Shown piece after piece: positions 47,190 to 59,705 of a DNA stretch of 64,000 nucleotides. This stretch comes from Octopus sinensis. Its lineage: Eukaryota. The stretch lies in assembly GCF_006345805.1 (NCBI RefSeq), contig NC_043004.1:49538001-49602000 (forward strand), in the 5' to 3' direction. The translations under genes and the position numbers were made by a program. The notes below the pieces were generated by a model. It searched no databases. It saw nothing but the letters and a program-made list of their open reading frames with translations, and had not been told where the DNA came from. Numbering within the stretch: position 1 is the first letter of the stretch; every line of letters begins with the position of its first letter.

Positions 47190-48664
47190 CTGTAAATAAT
47201 GGAAAATTAGTTTGACAAAATATTTCCACATAAATTACAAATTCTTGAATGCGACACAATTTGAAAACCACTCTGCTTGATATATAATGATCTCTTATAA
47301 TAATACAAAGCAACAGATTTTTTTTAAAGGAGTGATTATGGAGCTGAATTAACCCCAATATATTACTGATATTATGTGAACTTCGAGAGAGAGAGAGAGG
47401 AATAACAAATTTAAATACTGTTTGCTATTCAGTCTAGAACTCTAATTTCTTGAAATATAATGAACTAACATACATGGCACTACATTAAGAAAATTCTGAA
47501 ATAGTTAGCTATAAAAATGTTTCTTAGAACAGAAGTTTTTTTAGCTCTGTACATACACAATCAAAATGATATATTTACACTTTGAACTGTTTTATAACCA
47601 GTTAGATTGTTGTGTGTTGGTGCATGTGTGTGTGTGTGTGTGACACACACACAATTCCTTTATTCTTGATCAAAAGAAAGTTTTAGTAATGGAGGAGGAT
47701 GTTGGCAGAAGTCAATATCAAACAAACTCAAATAATATTTATTAAAATATATTTGACAATTAGACATGATGGCAGTTAATGACTCAAAGCTGAAAAAGTC
47801 AATGTGTAGTCTCTCTTTGGTTGATATCACCATAAATACTCCTTATTCACTGAGAAAAACTCTATAACCCTATGTGACATCTCTCGTTACACTGAAATAC
47901 ATTACAAAGGATGTGTGACTCAATATTGTGTATTCAAAAGAATATTTCATTAGGACTGACATGCTAGGTGAAAACCACTATGAGTTTGAATTGGAAGAAG
48001 TGTCTGTAGAGATAGGCTTTGAAAGATATGAATAGAAGTTAGAACAGATTTTAAATATAACTTATTTGCAATAAAGAGATGACACTGAGAGAGTGTATTA
48101 GAAAAGATGTATTATAGATCCACCTGAACCATATTAACATTGTAAAACCTATGTTAACAAACTGCCTGGTTCTTTGATACCAAACAATCTGTTTTAATAT
48201 GTTCATATTTAAATTAAAACCATTCGTCAGACATGTACGTAAGAACCTTTTTTTTTAAAGTTATGTTATACATACCACAGTAATACTGAAAAAGTTAATT
48301 ATTTTACTAAAAACAAATTAATCTATTCTAAATTCTTGATTATTTTCAAAGGTTATTGAAAACCTGTATATTTTATGAAAAACTATAACTACAATATGAT
48401 GATAATAAGCATTGAAATGGTATCAAAATGTCCTTTCAAATAGATCTAAAAAAGAAAAAAATTATTGCCTGTTAATATACCCCTTTAGTTTATCAAACAG
48501 GAGGGTTGGCATCAGATATTTTGGAGAAGTAGAAGGGAGAAAGGAAGGATATAATAAATCAGTTGTTGTAAAATACCCAGTTTTTCTTACAGTTGAAGTG
48601 TTCAATACAGTTGTTTCTCTCATGTGTTTATTTATTTAATCTGAAATACAAATAAATAATTTAC

Positions 48665-48926
48665 CTTGATTATTTCTTTCAGAAACTATTTCATATTTGT
48701 TCTTTATCTTTGGTGAGCTTGTTCTCCTTCTATCAGTATTCCTGGATGATTGGGACACTTCAGACACATTAACTGCATTTCTTTTAGGAATGTTCTTGAT
48801 ATCTTTAGCTGGTTTCTCTTTCGGAGTTTCTGGTATTTGTACTTTTATCATTAATGGAGTTGTCATGATTTCACTTGGAACAGAGCATTTCCTCATGGTC
48901 TTCGTTGTTGAAGAATTAAAAGACTC
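48665..48926 (-). CDS. SYCP2: SYCP2-like exon, 262 bp, phase 0->1 (ESFNSSTTKTMRKCSVPSEIMTTP...RNNQ)
   Basis: Acceptor aattttag, donor gtaaat; lies in ORF 48636..48896. Confidence 0.85.
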
Positions 48927-49374
48927 CTAAAATTCAGACATATATAAAATAAAATAAAATTTTTTAAAATTAGCAACTGGTTTGAGCAGACCTATGATTG
49001 AAAATGTTCCAGCCATGACCAACCAATCTTTCTGTAGATCTTATTATCTAATCTGTACTTTGCATTTTTAAAGCTGTTTGGGTGTGATCTGAGTGAGATT
49101 TGGCCATGATTCTTTGCAAATCAAACAACCATATCACAGAGACTAGTCTTCAGTGAACTACTGCCAATGGTTTCTACTCCCATTCCGGATTTTTCAACTA
49201 AAGCACATGGTTATATATCTGCAACGTTTGTATGCTACCTAAATTACACATTCTATGATCATGATAAACTAGAAACTTAGATGGAAACCATAAGAAATAC
49301 ATTAAACTATTTTACAACATAACACAGTGCATTCATCCCTGGAGACATGAATATTAAATTATTGCTATACATAC

Positions 49375-49485
49375 ATTCAAACCATGCTCATAAGGACTTC
49401 TGTCCACTCTAACTTTCTGATGTGAATCTTTCTTGTAGGCAGCATTGATAGGAATTGCTTTCTGTGCCACCGAACACTTTGGGTT
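49375..49485 (-). CDS. SYCP2: SYCP2-like exon, 111 bp, phase 0->0 (NPKCSVAQKAIPINAAYKKDSHQKVRVDRSPYEHGLN)
   Basis: Acceptor ttcatttgcag, donor gtatgt; open in frame 0. Confidence 0.8.
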
Positions 49486-50529
49486 CTGCAAATGAAATTA
49501 AAGTAAGATAAAGGAAATGATGAGCTGGACCTAGTCCTTACTAGTTCACACAAACTAGCTGTTAGCATCTTTTTTAAAATCAAAAACTTGTCAACTTTTT
49601 ACTGGAGGTGGAAGAAAGAAGTACTCAGAAAAGTTTTATCAATAATACCACAAGGTCAATATGAAATTCTGAACATTGGTAAAGTTTATATGTTACGATG
49701 ATAGTAAGGAAATATACATGTGCGTGTATATGTATCAGTGTATGTATACCCAGTCGTCATCATCACCATCATCAGATGTTTTTACATCAGTTTTTCATGC
49801 TGGCATGGGTTAGATGGTTTTTCCAAGGCAGTGTTTTATAGCTGGATGCCTTTTTTGTTGCCAGTTTTTTTGGTTGTCCCTTATGATGCACAAGGACAAA
49901 TAGGAATTCATCCTCAGTTATTACTAGTTTATTGAGATGTATCTAAAACTGAGATGTATCTAATTGTGCATCAGTGGAATCATATTCTTTCATACATGTT
50001 CCACTTCTCAACTATTGCATTGCCTCCCACTCTATATTATCTCCATTCCATTCTTCTCACAATACTTCAAACCTGTTATTATAGCTGCAACTTATGTGTG
50101 GTTGTTCAATGTGTTGTACCTATATATCTACATATTGCTCTTTTCCACACAGCTCTTTAACTAGTTGCATGAACTCTCACTTTTTGGGGTTTGGATAAGA
50201 AATGTATCAAACTCTTTACTGAGTGAATTTTGTTTTCAACACTGAGCATCACCATTTCCCTTCTGTTCTAGGATATACTGTAATTTGATATCATATTTAT
50301 GTAGAGACATTTTAAGGAAGCAATATTTTATTGCTGAATTTGGTTTCTTTTATACTGAGCATATATATAGGTCAATTAAGTAATTGTTACAATTTTGGTA
50401 ACTCACAACTGAATAAAGATACAAGTTAATTACAAAAAATAATAAAAACTAATGAAGTTTTATCCCATTTATAAAGCTGAATTATAAGACTACATTTCTG
50501 TGTTCAGTTTAAATAAATATTTAAGTAGA

Positions 50530-50900
50530 GGTATGGTAGAGAGTTTATTTTGTAACCAAGTGGTTTCGGATTCTTATCCACTGAATGTTATGTAGGGTAA
50601 ATGTCTTCTATTAGGTGTGGGTAGAACGATGCCTCATCAGAGAAAATGGTAGACAGAAACTATGAAAACTAATAGTGTGTATGTGTATAGATACCTGTAT
50701 GCTTATATGTATCTGTGTGTGTGTGTGTGTGTGTGCGCGCACGCACATAAATGCTTATATTCCACATGTCCTTGCATGACATCACCTGATCAAAATAGTG
50801 ATGTCATGTTTGCATCCCCTGTTAACAATAAGTATGGTGAAGACCAGTGGTATTAAAAAATCCTTCACTTGAAAAAAAAAATAGATAAGAACTGTCAACA
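50530..50900 (+). mobile_element. Decayed SINE with (GT)n
   Basis: Head resembles the 31808 family (tgtaaccaagtggtt..ggtagacagaaact). Confidence 0.55.
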
Positions 50901-50992
50901 GTAAAGGCATCTAGCTGTAAAGTTATGCTTCAATAAATCTTAGTCTAATCCATGCCAGCAAGGAAAAATAGACATAAAACAAACAAACTTAC

Positions 50993-51144
50993 AGAGAAAA
51001 TTTCCTGAATTCCTTTACAAACAGCATCTCTGTCCTGGAACGTCATTTTCATGCTAGAGCCCTTTTTGAGAGTATGTCCAGGTAGAATTTCTTTCATAGA
51101 TGGGAAGAACAGGAAGTATATAATAGCCAATTCGTCATCACATA
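50993..51144 (-). CDS. SYCP2: SYCP2-like exon, 152 bp, phase 1->0 (VCDDELAIIYFLFF...CKGIQEIFS)
   Basis: Acceptor ttttcttttttag, donor gtaagt; lies in ORF 50945..51130; phases fit both neighbours. Confidence 0.8.
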
Positions 51145-51494
51145 CTAAAAAAGAAAAAAAATCAGAAAATATAATAATTTATATAGTTAATATCAATAAA
51201 ATATTTCTGACTTAGGTACAAAACCACAAATACTAGGGATGTTGTTAATTTGATTGACTTCCAAGAAGGATGAATGTGATATTGAACTCAAGATTTGAAC
51301 TCAATACATGAAAAGACTTAAATAAAACTACAAGACACCCAACCATTTCTGCTGTTGCACTATAATCCAGTGGAAGTGCTTAAATGTCCAATTCTAATAA
51401 AATAAAAATCAGACAAAAATTAAATGAAATAAGTCAATTACTTAATAAAGAAGTGAAGTGACTACGTCATATATATTTATAAAATTAATGTATA

Positions 51495-52081
51495 TGTAGC
51501 AGGTATGATTCTTGGCCACTACTTCTGGTCTGATCTGAGGGTAGCCCTTAAAAGGACGGTTATCGCAATTAGATCCGATCCAAGAATAGTCCTAAAAAGG
51601 ACTGTTATCGCAATTAGATCGGATCTGAGAGTAGTCCTAAAAAGGACTGTTATCGCATTCAGATCAGACTTGAATTAGCCCTGAAAAGGACTGTGGTCGT
51701 AATCAGCAAAACTGGACAGACGAAAGCAGTAGTTGAAAGGACGAGCAGACAAGAGGTGTAAGTTTATACAGCGATTTATTTCAGGCGTGAAATAGCAGTA
51801 CAAAGGTTCGAGGCGGCGTGAGTGGCGAGCGTGGCAGGCGAGAGGGACACGTTTTACATCAGTCGAGTGCCAAAAAGCCAACTGCTTTTACAGCGATTTA
51901 TGATGTCTATTTATACAAAAATATCAGCAGTGATGTTTAGCCAGTGTCCAATAGAATGGCAGGTAGGTAGCTTTTGTCCAATGAAAGGTCAGGCAAGTCG
52001 CTGGGGGTAGTTGCTTTGTTTTCTCTGGTGATGGCAGATGTATTTCCGGTGTCCGTGCAAGTTACTTCCAGTGACTGTACA
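51495..52081 (-). mobile_element. Solo LTR (587 bp), TGTA...TACA ends, TATA TSD, same orientation as the host gene
   Basis: GC/CpG-rich island; two CCAAT boxes (51948, 51978); minus-strand TATAAATA (51908-51915) and AATAAA (51775-51780). Confidence 0.7.
51532..51705. repeat. ~3.8 x 45-bp tandem repeat inside the solo LTR
   Basis: Units start at 51532, 51577, 51622 and 51667; each has a gtcct-aaaa-aggac mini-palindrome or variant. Confidence 0.9.
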
Positions 52082-52671
52082 TATACCTTGCCTTGAGAGA
52101 GAACCAAGGTAAAAACGTCTCAAACCTGAGATCAATAGAAGACATCTAGTCATTTGATCTGCTTGTAACAGCAGTCAAATCTATCTCAAAGCATACTCTT
52201 ATCGTGTTATGAAAAAGACAAAATGCCTAGATATATATTTGAAAAAAGAAAAGAAAAACATTTCATAAATAGGTAATCACTTTGAAACAGGTTATCAAAA
52301 GGGTTAAGTGAACATATTCTCTTAATGGGACTGAATTATGTCTTAAGCAACAAAATTAATTTTCAACTACTAAGTTGAAATAACTTAAAACAGGCACTAT
52401 GAGGAGGTACAGTCTAATGATGTAAGCTGCTTTGTTGTATAATTGAAGGGTGCTAGCAGTGTTGAGCTCAAAACCTTTCCTGTAAGAGAGAGAGAGAGAG
52501 TGAGGAGCTTTCAAAAACTGCGATAATCTCCTAAACACCACAATAGATTCTGGATAGTGATGGTAGATAGAAATAATAAAGAAAATACGAGAACATTTGT
52601 AAAAAAAAATTCTCTAAGAGAAATTTTCATTACAAAGAGAAAGAAATATATAGAAAATGGTAAGTCCTTAC

Positions 52672-52741
52672 CTTCATAAACAATTTCCTTCACATCTTCT
52701 TTGTAAATGCTGACTGTTTCCCATACATCTTCCTCACACTC
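52672..52741 (-). CDS. SYCP2: SYCP2-like exon, 70 bp, phase 0->1 (ECEEDVWETVSIYKEDVKEIVYE)
   Basis: Acceptor tttctctag, donor gtaagg; WETV motif. Confidence 0.9.
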
Positions 52742-53499
52742 CTAGAGAAATGAAGAATCAAAGAAAGTCTCACAGATCTTTTAATAGTACACATGAGCAA
52801 CTAACTGTAAGAGTAAGGAGATATGAATGGAAACAGAGGTTCAATGAGATAATAATAATAGATTCTGAGAAGTTAAAAAAAGGGGTCAGATATTGGAATG
52901 TATCAAGGTGAATGATCATTTAACCTTTAGTGAAATAATGGTTTCTGTTCCTCTACTATAGTAGCCCCAATTCCTCAGTATCTTGTATCCCCTCTTGTTT
53001 AGGCACTCCTTATCTACTTCACTCTCTATTTCATCACTAATGTTGTATCCAGCCCCAACTGGCCCTGTACTAACAATTATACTCATTCCTTAGTGAAATA
53101 AGGATCTCTGTTCCTCCTACTATAATGATCCCTATTTCTCAGTGCTAGCTAATTTTTACCTCCATTTATATAGCTTCTCCAGTACCCAATTCCTCTGGAA
53201 TTCCTGTGGGTGTTGACTTGCAACAGTTCAATCAGAACATAGGGCACCAAGCTAACTGATCTCAGACAGTTTGCAAAAGTCAAAGATACTGCCCCTTCCT
53301 ACTCTCCTAGCAAGTAAAGTCTTATTTTGAATTTAGTGGAGGATGCTAGTGATTAAAGGTAATATATCTATCTAGTTTTTGTTATCAGTACATTGTAGAT
53401 GATATTATTTGAATTTTATGAAAAATTAAAATGTTTTTGAGTTTATCTTGGTTAAACTGAGATAATCAAATTTCCATAGAGAATATTGGAGATGGTAAT

Positions 53500-53950
53500 A
53501 TGCAGAAATGGATCCTAGAAAAGAATGATTACAAAAAGGCCTGCAAGTTGAGAAGCTGTATGAGTGACAGGAGAAAGAAGGATACGGAAGGTACTGGTGA
53601 GAGAGTGCATAGCAATTAGTTTAGAGGAGCAGAATCCTTTACAGCAGTGATAGAAGTGACACAGAGAATTAATAGTAATGTCTGTGAACTTGTTGAATCC
53701 TGCTAGTGAGTGAATCTTTATTTTGCTTTAGGATGTGACTTAGGATGTTCGTCTGTGTAGTAGCAGCAACCTTCCAGATAGGTGAGGAATATCTTACTTG
53801 AGCTTTGTAGGTCAGCAACAGATCAATGAAGTATTTTGGGATGTGTGTCTGTGGTGTAATTTTGGTAATATGATGTTACTATAAAATATCTACAGAGACT
53901 GTGAGGCCTCCTATTTGCAGATACTTTGAGCTTTTATTTGTGAGCTAATC
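53500..53950 (-). mobile_element. Decayed L2/CR1-type LINE 3' fragment
   Basis: Minus-strand remnant LLTYKAQVRYSSPIW resembles LYKAQIRP.LEY.S.VW. Confidence 0.5.
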
Positions 53951-54065
53951 AGAAATATTGTCAATGAAGGATTAGAACAGCTATTTAGCAATCAATAAAC
54001 TAGTAATAACTGAGGATGAATTCCTATTAGTTAAGTGTAATGTTGTAATAAAAGAAATATCTTAC

Positions 54066-54173
54066 AGGGTCTTCATTGCTATTAACTTGCTCACAGTAGA
54101 AAGTTATGCGTTGACTGGTGACATTGAAATCAACCCAGAAGTGTTTATAGCTTTCATCTTTTGGTCTGTTCAG
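54066..54173 (-). CDS. SYCP2: SYCP2-like exon, 108 bp, phase 0->0 (LNRPKDESYKHFWVDFNVTSQRITFYCEQVNSNEDP)
   Basis: Acceptor ctatttttag, donor gtaaga; carries the FW.DFN hallmark of the PH/Spt16M-like domain. Confidence 0.92.
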
Positions 54174-55189
54174 CTAAAAATAGAACAACAGAAACTGGTG
54201 GATTCAGAGACAAAAATACAAGAAGAGATGGGGAATAATGTGATCAGTTCACTTTTGTGTAACAACATTACCTTTGTTTTAACATCTGTACTTCTACAGG
54301 CAGAATGAATTTTCAATAAAGTTTGTCACCATGAGTCTAAATCAGGCATCACTGCTTCTAATATTTGTATTGGTTACACAGTATTAGAGTGTCCTCATAA
54401 AAGACACAATTGCTATGAGGTTAAGGTACTGGGCTATTGAATGCACTGTCATAAAAGTGTGTGTACTGAGAGAAGAGGTAAGTTATGATGTTTCAAAGGA
54501 CCCTCTCTAAAGAAATAAAGAGAGGTGTGTTGAAATGTTGTAAATGGAAACATCTCCATGATTCAAACCTACTCTTCCAGCTTTTGTTCCAAGTTGATAT
54601 TCTTTTCATGCAGTCAGCAATAAGGAACAGTTAGCTGGAAAAACTGCCAGATAATCTCCAATTCTTGCATAAGATTCTTAAGTATTTGACTAAAATTCAG
54701 AAGACTTACAGAGCTTCATCTGATTCTTTTATACACAACAATCTTTAATATCAAAGCAGGCATGAGCTAAACAGACATACCTAGTTTTTCCATTGCTCTT
54801 CAGAAACATTGTTAAATACCTCTTCACATCATCAAATACATGTTAATGTAGTTCTTACAGTTGTTTCACCAAAAATATATCATTTGTAGTTCTGTGGCTG
54901 ACACCTCGTGTCTGTGTTTGTTACACAAACTATATTCATTTACTATTTAGTCTATAGTTTCCTTGTTTTAGCTATATTGATTTATTCCTGTCAACTATCT
55001 ACAATATAATAACTCCTGAGGGTTTCACAAAACTAGTCCTTCTGCATGTTGGATAATTTCTTTTTGTGAAACGTTTGTTAGGAAGTCAGAGGCTGTTATG
55101 CTGTATTTCAAAAATATTGTCACTAAACTATTTCAATTATTTTTGTGTATTTGTTTTGCAAGATTCCTGAAATGAAATTGTGCGTTGAA

Positions 55190-55872
55190 ACATATATTGT
55201 TATATATTTTGGGATGGTCATTTTCATATTTTTTCCCCAAATAACCACATGCACCATATACTTGTTCTTTACTTCAGCTTTATTATTATTCTTATTTTAG
55301 TGTCCTTTGCTTGAAATCTTTCTTGTTTAGTCCTAAACAAGACAGGAGGAGACATGTGAGATGAAGAGTTGTTGAGGTCAAACAGGATGTGTGATGAAAG
55401 ATTTCGAAGAACACTAAAATAAGAATATCATCATCATCATCATCATCGTTTAACGTCCGTTTTCTGCGCTAGCACGGGTTGGACAGTTCGACCGGGGTCT
55501 GGGAAGCCAGGGGCTGCACCAGGCTCCAGTCTGATCTGGCAGAGTTTCTACAGCTGGATGCCCTTCCTAACGCCAACCACTCCGTGAGTGTAGTGGGTGC
55601 TTTTTACGTGCCACCTGCACAGGTGCAAGGGGGGTCCGGCATCGGCCACGATCGGTTGGAGCTTTTAGTGTGCCACCGGCACAGAAGCCAGCCAAGGCGG
55701 AGCTGGTAACGGGCAGGTTCGGATGGTGCTTTTTATGTGCCACCGGCACAGAAGCCAGTCGGGGCGGCGCTGGCAGAATAATAATACAGCTGAAGTGAAG
55801 GACAAGTATATAGTATGTGTGTGGTTATTTGGAAGGGGGGGGGGGACCAAACCGAAATATAACAATATTTCT
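55190..55872. mobile_element. Foldback/MITE-like element (family of 6197..6480) interrupted by an RTE tail
   Basis: Left arm ~55195-55320 and right arm ~55400-55428 plus 55775-55870 are complementary. Confidence 0.7.
55429..55774 (-). mobile_element. RTE 3'UTR fragment with (GAT)n tail and a 6-bp TSD (agaata)
   Basis: Close match to 19302-19580. Confidence 0.9.
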
Positions 55873-55976
55873 GTTACCTTTTATATTCACATACAAATAT
55901 AATGAATATATCATTAACAACTATTTAAAAGGATTATATCCATACTTTCTTTGATTAAGTCTAGTCAATTCAACCT

Positions 55977-56205
55977 ATTTCTTTACTATCCACAAGGGGC
56001 TAAACACAGAGAGGAAAAACAAGGACAGACAAATGGATTAAGTCGATTATTTCGACTCCAGTGCATAACTGGTACTTATTTAATTGATCCTGAAAGGATG
56101 AAAGGCAAAGTCGACCTCGGCGGAATTTGAACTCAGAACCTAGCGACAGACGAAATACTGCTGATCAGTTCGCCCGGTGTGCTAACGATTCTGCCAGCTT
56201 GCCGC
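55977..56205 (-). mobile_element. Young tRNA-head SINE with a 16-bp TSD
   Basis: TSD ctagtcaattcaacct at 55961-55976 and 56206-56221; B-box-like gagttcaaattcc on the minus strand. Confidence 0.92.
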
Positions 56206-57039
56206 CTAGTCAATTCAACCTGCTCACCCATATCCCTTCCTGCATACATATCATTAAATAAATAAAGTTCTCAATGTTTCTATTAACAATAATTATGTTT
56301 AGAGTAATTTCTATATACTTCAAGTACTATATTTCAGATCTGTGTGTCTCACGGTTAGCCCAAATCAGGTGGCAGCTGCCCTCAAGAGCAACAACAATAG
56401 CACAAACGAGTATCTACATCTTGACCTTCAAGAAACAGCAGCCATATCTCCTTCAAATTACTCTTTGCCATATCAAAAAGAAAGGAATAATGCATAAGAT
56501 AATGTAGTTCTAGTTATACTATACCTGAACATTAGAAAAGAGAGTCATGGATGGAACTCTTTAGATCATAGATTTGCTGAATCAGGTTTGACCTGGGCCT
56601 AAAGAACAGTATTTCTGCATTCACTATTTATCATAATTACATCCATCAAAATAAATTCAACAGCAGAAACTAACTAAAAATGAAATGTATAAGTGACATG
56701 TGGTCCCTTCACCCATTGAGGCAGGCATTTGCTCTGAACAGGTAGTGACTCAAATCAGGACAACCTGACTAACAACACCAGTAAAATGAAGATGATAATG
56801 ATGACACTGGGGCTAAAAATAAATTACAACATAGTGGAGTTTATCTATCTAATAATATACTATCCTGAAGTTTGTAATATATTACACAGGAAATTATGAT
56901 AAACTGCAACATTGAATAAAAGAGTAGGATTAAAGGAAAACATTTAAATCAAGGTTATATCAGTTTTCATTAATATCAATAAAACAATAGGAGAATAAAC
57001 AACGATTTGCTGATGCTGTGCTCTGATATGATGACATAC

Positions 57040-57085
57040 CTTTAGATTTCCAAAATATATATCATTACAAGGAAGTGAGAATACT
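57040..57085 (-). CDS. SYCP2: SYCP2-like exon, 46 bp, phase 2->0 (VFSLPCNDIYFGNLK)
   Basis: Acceptor ttttgtctttcag, donor gtatgt; lies in ORF 56944..57189. Confidence 0.9.
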
Positions 57086-57849
57086 CTGAAAGACAAAAGT
57101 AGAAAGGTTATTTTAAAATATTTTCTTTGACATTGAAAGCTGTACAAATCCTTGTATTGGTTACAACTACAGAACATCAAAGGTTCCATCTTATTTCTTT
57201 TGAGTAAGGACTAAAAGCTGAAATAACTTATATATCAAGAGAACATAGCTATTTAATATCCTTCTCAAACTGTAAGGGATATACATGGATAAATGTCAAT
57301 ACTTTCAAACAAATCATTCTACAGTGTACAATCCTAGCTGAACCTATATTACAGTAGAAGTCATAGATAAGAGCGGCAACACCAAACACCATCATTCATC
57401 ATAAATCAAGTATAAGGCTGTAATAATCCCCATGGTGGTGTCCGAGCCTGACCGAAACTGAAACCAGTAAAAGAGTAACTTCAAATGTAAAACTAAGTAA
57501 AAATGTTAACAGATGTCAGGACTTCAGTTTATGAAAAATTATCTTAGAGTTTATTATTTTTAATGTTTAAAACTACTCTTTTATTTTATATCAAATCTCT
57601 TCTAATCCCATGTAAAATCGATGGTACAAGCATTCTCCTGAAAATAACCATGAGTATCATTGAAGATACTGGGTATATTCTTTAAAGGGACATGAAAAGA
57701 AGTTCCATGTCAATCAGTAACCGATTGAGATAGAATATTTTTTATGCTCTAGAGAGAAATTTAAATGTTGAAATATGAAAATGAAAGAAATATAGACTAT
57801 AGGTAGATTTAGAATGTTTATGTATAGTCAATAGTGGATTTAAATTGTG

Positions 57850-58900
57850 TGCAATGACTATCAATGAGTAAGTGTCAACTTTTTTCTATTAGCTTGGTCT
57901 GGAGAAAAGGTCATGCCTATGGCTTTCACCAGGCCTTCAAGATTGGTGGTACCAATACTGTTAATATCCCACTAAAACTGTTGCAAGTTGAAAACTGCAG
58001 AGAGCTATTAGCTGGGAGGAAATTCCAGAAAGGTTGATATTATAGAAAGAATGAGCTGGATGTATGATTAGCAGGTCCTGAAAATTTTGACACAATATAG
58101 GCAATGAAAAGAACAGATATGAGTAAGTTGAGAGTTCTCGAGTGAAGGTGGCATGAGAACAGCTTGCATCAAGGAGCAGAAGGCTGTAGTGTTAGTGGTA
58201 GAGAGAAGAGACATGTTGTGGGGCCAGAATGTGAGTAACTTTGGGCCAATCAGGTAATGTTTGTGTGCACAGCAACACCACTATCTCAGATGTAGGAGTA
58301 ATACTTCATTGTGTATTTCATCTGAGATTAGTAGAGGGTTAGTAATTGAAGGGGAATAAAATATTTTGGGGTTCTGAAGAGAAAGGTCAATCTTTGAGAT
58401 TCAGTCATGTTAAGGATATGTGTTCACTATAATAGATACTCAGTGATGGTGAGGTACAGCATTTGAAGCAATCAAGAAAGGTCTAAGTGATTGTTGCTCA
58501 TGTTTAAGGGATGTGAGGCACAATAATCTTTTCTTGTTATATGCAGTGATAGTATTTTTTGTTGTTGAATGTGTTAAATTGGAATTAACCCATTAGAGAT
58601 ATTTCTAAGGTTGCTTGAGGTAGTATAGTTTGCATGCTGATACCACTTGGGTGCTGTAGGTTAAGAAGGAATGAAGAATTGTATTACCTGTGTAAAAGTG
58701 GGTATTGATGGACATGATAGCAATAAGGTTGTTGAGGTTTAGGAAGAAGAATGTGGGGAACAAAAACTGAACCCTGGGGTACACCATCATCACAGGGTTG
58801 ATAAATTGTGGGCCAGAGAATTATATCAGTACATGCTGCAATAATGTGATCTATCAGGTAACCACTGATCACAGGTATTTATGAGAAAGTGGATTAATCC
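57850..58900 (-). mobile_element. Decayed L2/CR1-type LINE RT region
   Basis: GVPQGSVFVP motif in ORF 58684..58872; purine-rich + strand typical of an L2 C-terminal region. Confidence 0.55.
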
Positions 58901-59652
58901 AAGCCATTTCAAAATGTAACAATTAGAAAAGATTTAGAGTTACATAGAGAGCACAGGCAGCTCTGACTGCACTAAGAAGTTGAATATATACATGTCTGTA
59001 ATCTACATGACAAAGCAAGAATATAACAATGAAAATTGAAATATTAGAAGAAAAGGTTAAAAGTGAAGATAATATAATACTCTTATAGGACAATTCATGG
59101 ATGAGTTTGATACTTTTAATTATTATAAGGAGTGAAAAATCTAAAGTTTCAGGCTTGTGCTTCAACTAAGTGCAGAAGGAAAAGTGGTGTTATAGATAAA
59201 TACAGAACAGCACTATTTTCTCTTCTGCACTCAAATGAAATGAAAGGGCTTGAAACATCAGATACTTTACTCTTAACAACAACTGAACTTACTAAACTCT
59301 TCCATGAAATAGACTACAAAATAATTGTTGTTGACACAGACCATCACCAGAAAGTGGAGTTAGTTATGCTTTGGTGGAACTGATTTGGCATCATTGATTT
59401 AGTACAGTACCCATTTAGCAAGGGATGCTTGATGCTAATAAGGATTTTATTTTCATTTTGTCTAATAACTAAATTCTAATCACAAGTGGTAAATTACTCA
59501 ATTACTATACCTTGTTTAGCTTTCAGATTCTGCTTTATGTATATGATAGTTGGTAAATTATTGATACAACATGTTATTTTATAGTTAGGCATAGATGTGA
59601 TGGTGCAGTTTAAGCTGCTGATATATGATAAACTTTTTTTATTTAATCATAC

Positions 59653-59705
59653 CTCTGATATATTCCTTGGTTACTGTTAAAGGCATTTAAACATTTTCTG
59701 CAATC
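59653..59705 (-). CDS. SYCP2: SYCP2-like exon, 53 bp, phase 0->2 (DCRKCLNAFNSNQGIYQR)
   Basis: Acceptor tttttacag, donor gtatga; matches DCRIFLNLVNGMLGDKR. Confidence 0.9.

Noticed and set aside
51532-51705. CRISPR-like array (regular spacing, internal palindromes)
   Set aside because: The whole 45-bp unit repeats with no unique spacers; eukaryotic context, inside a solo LTR, no cas genes
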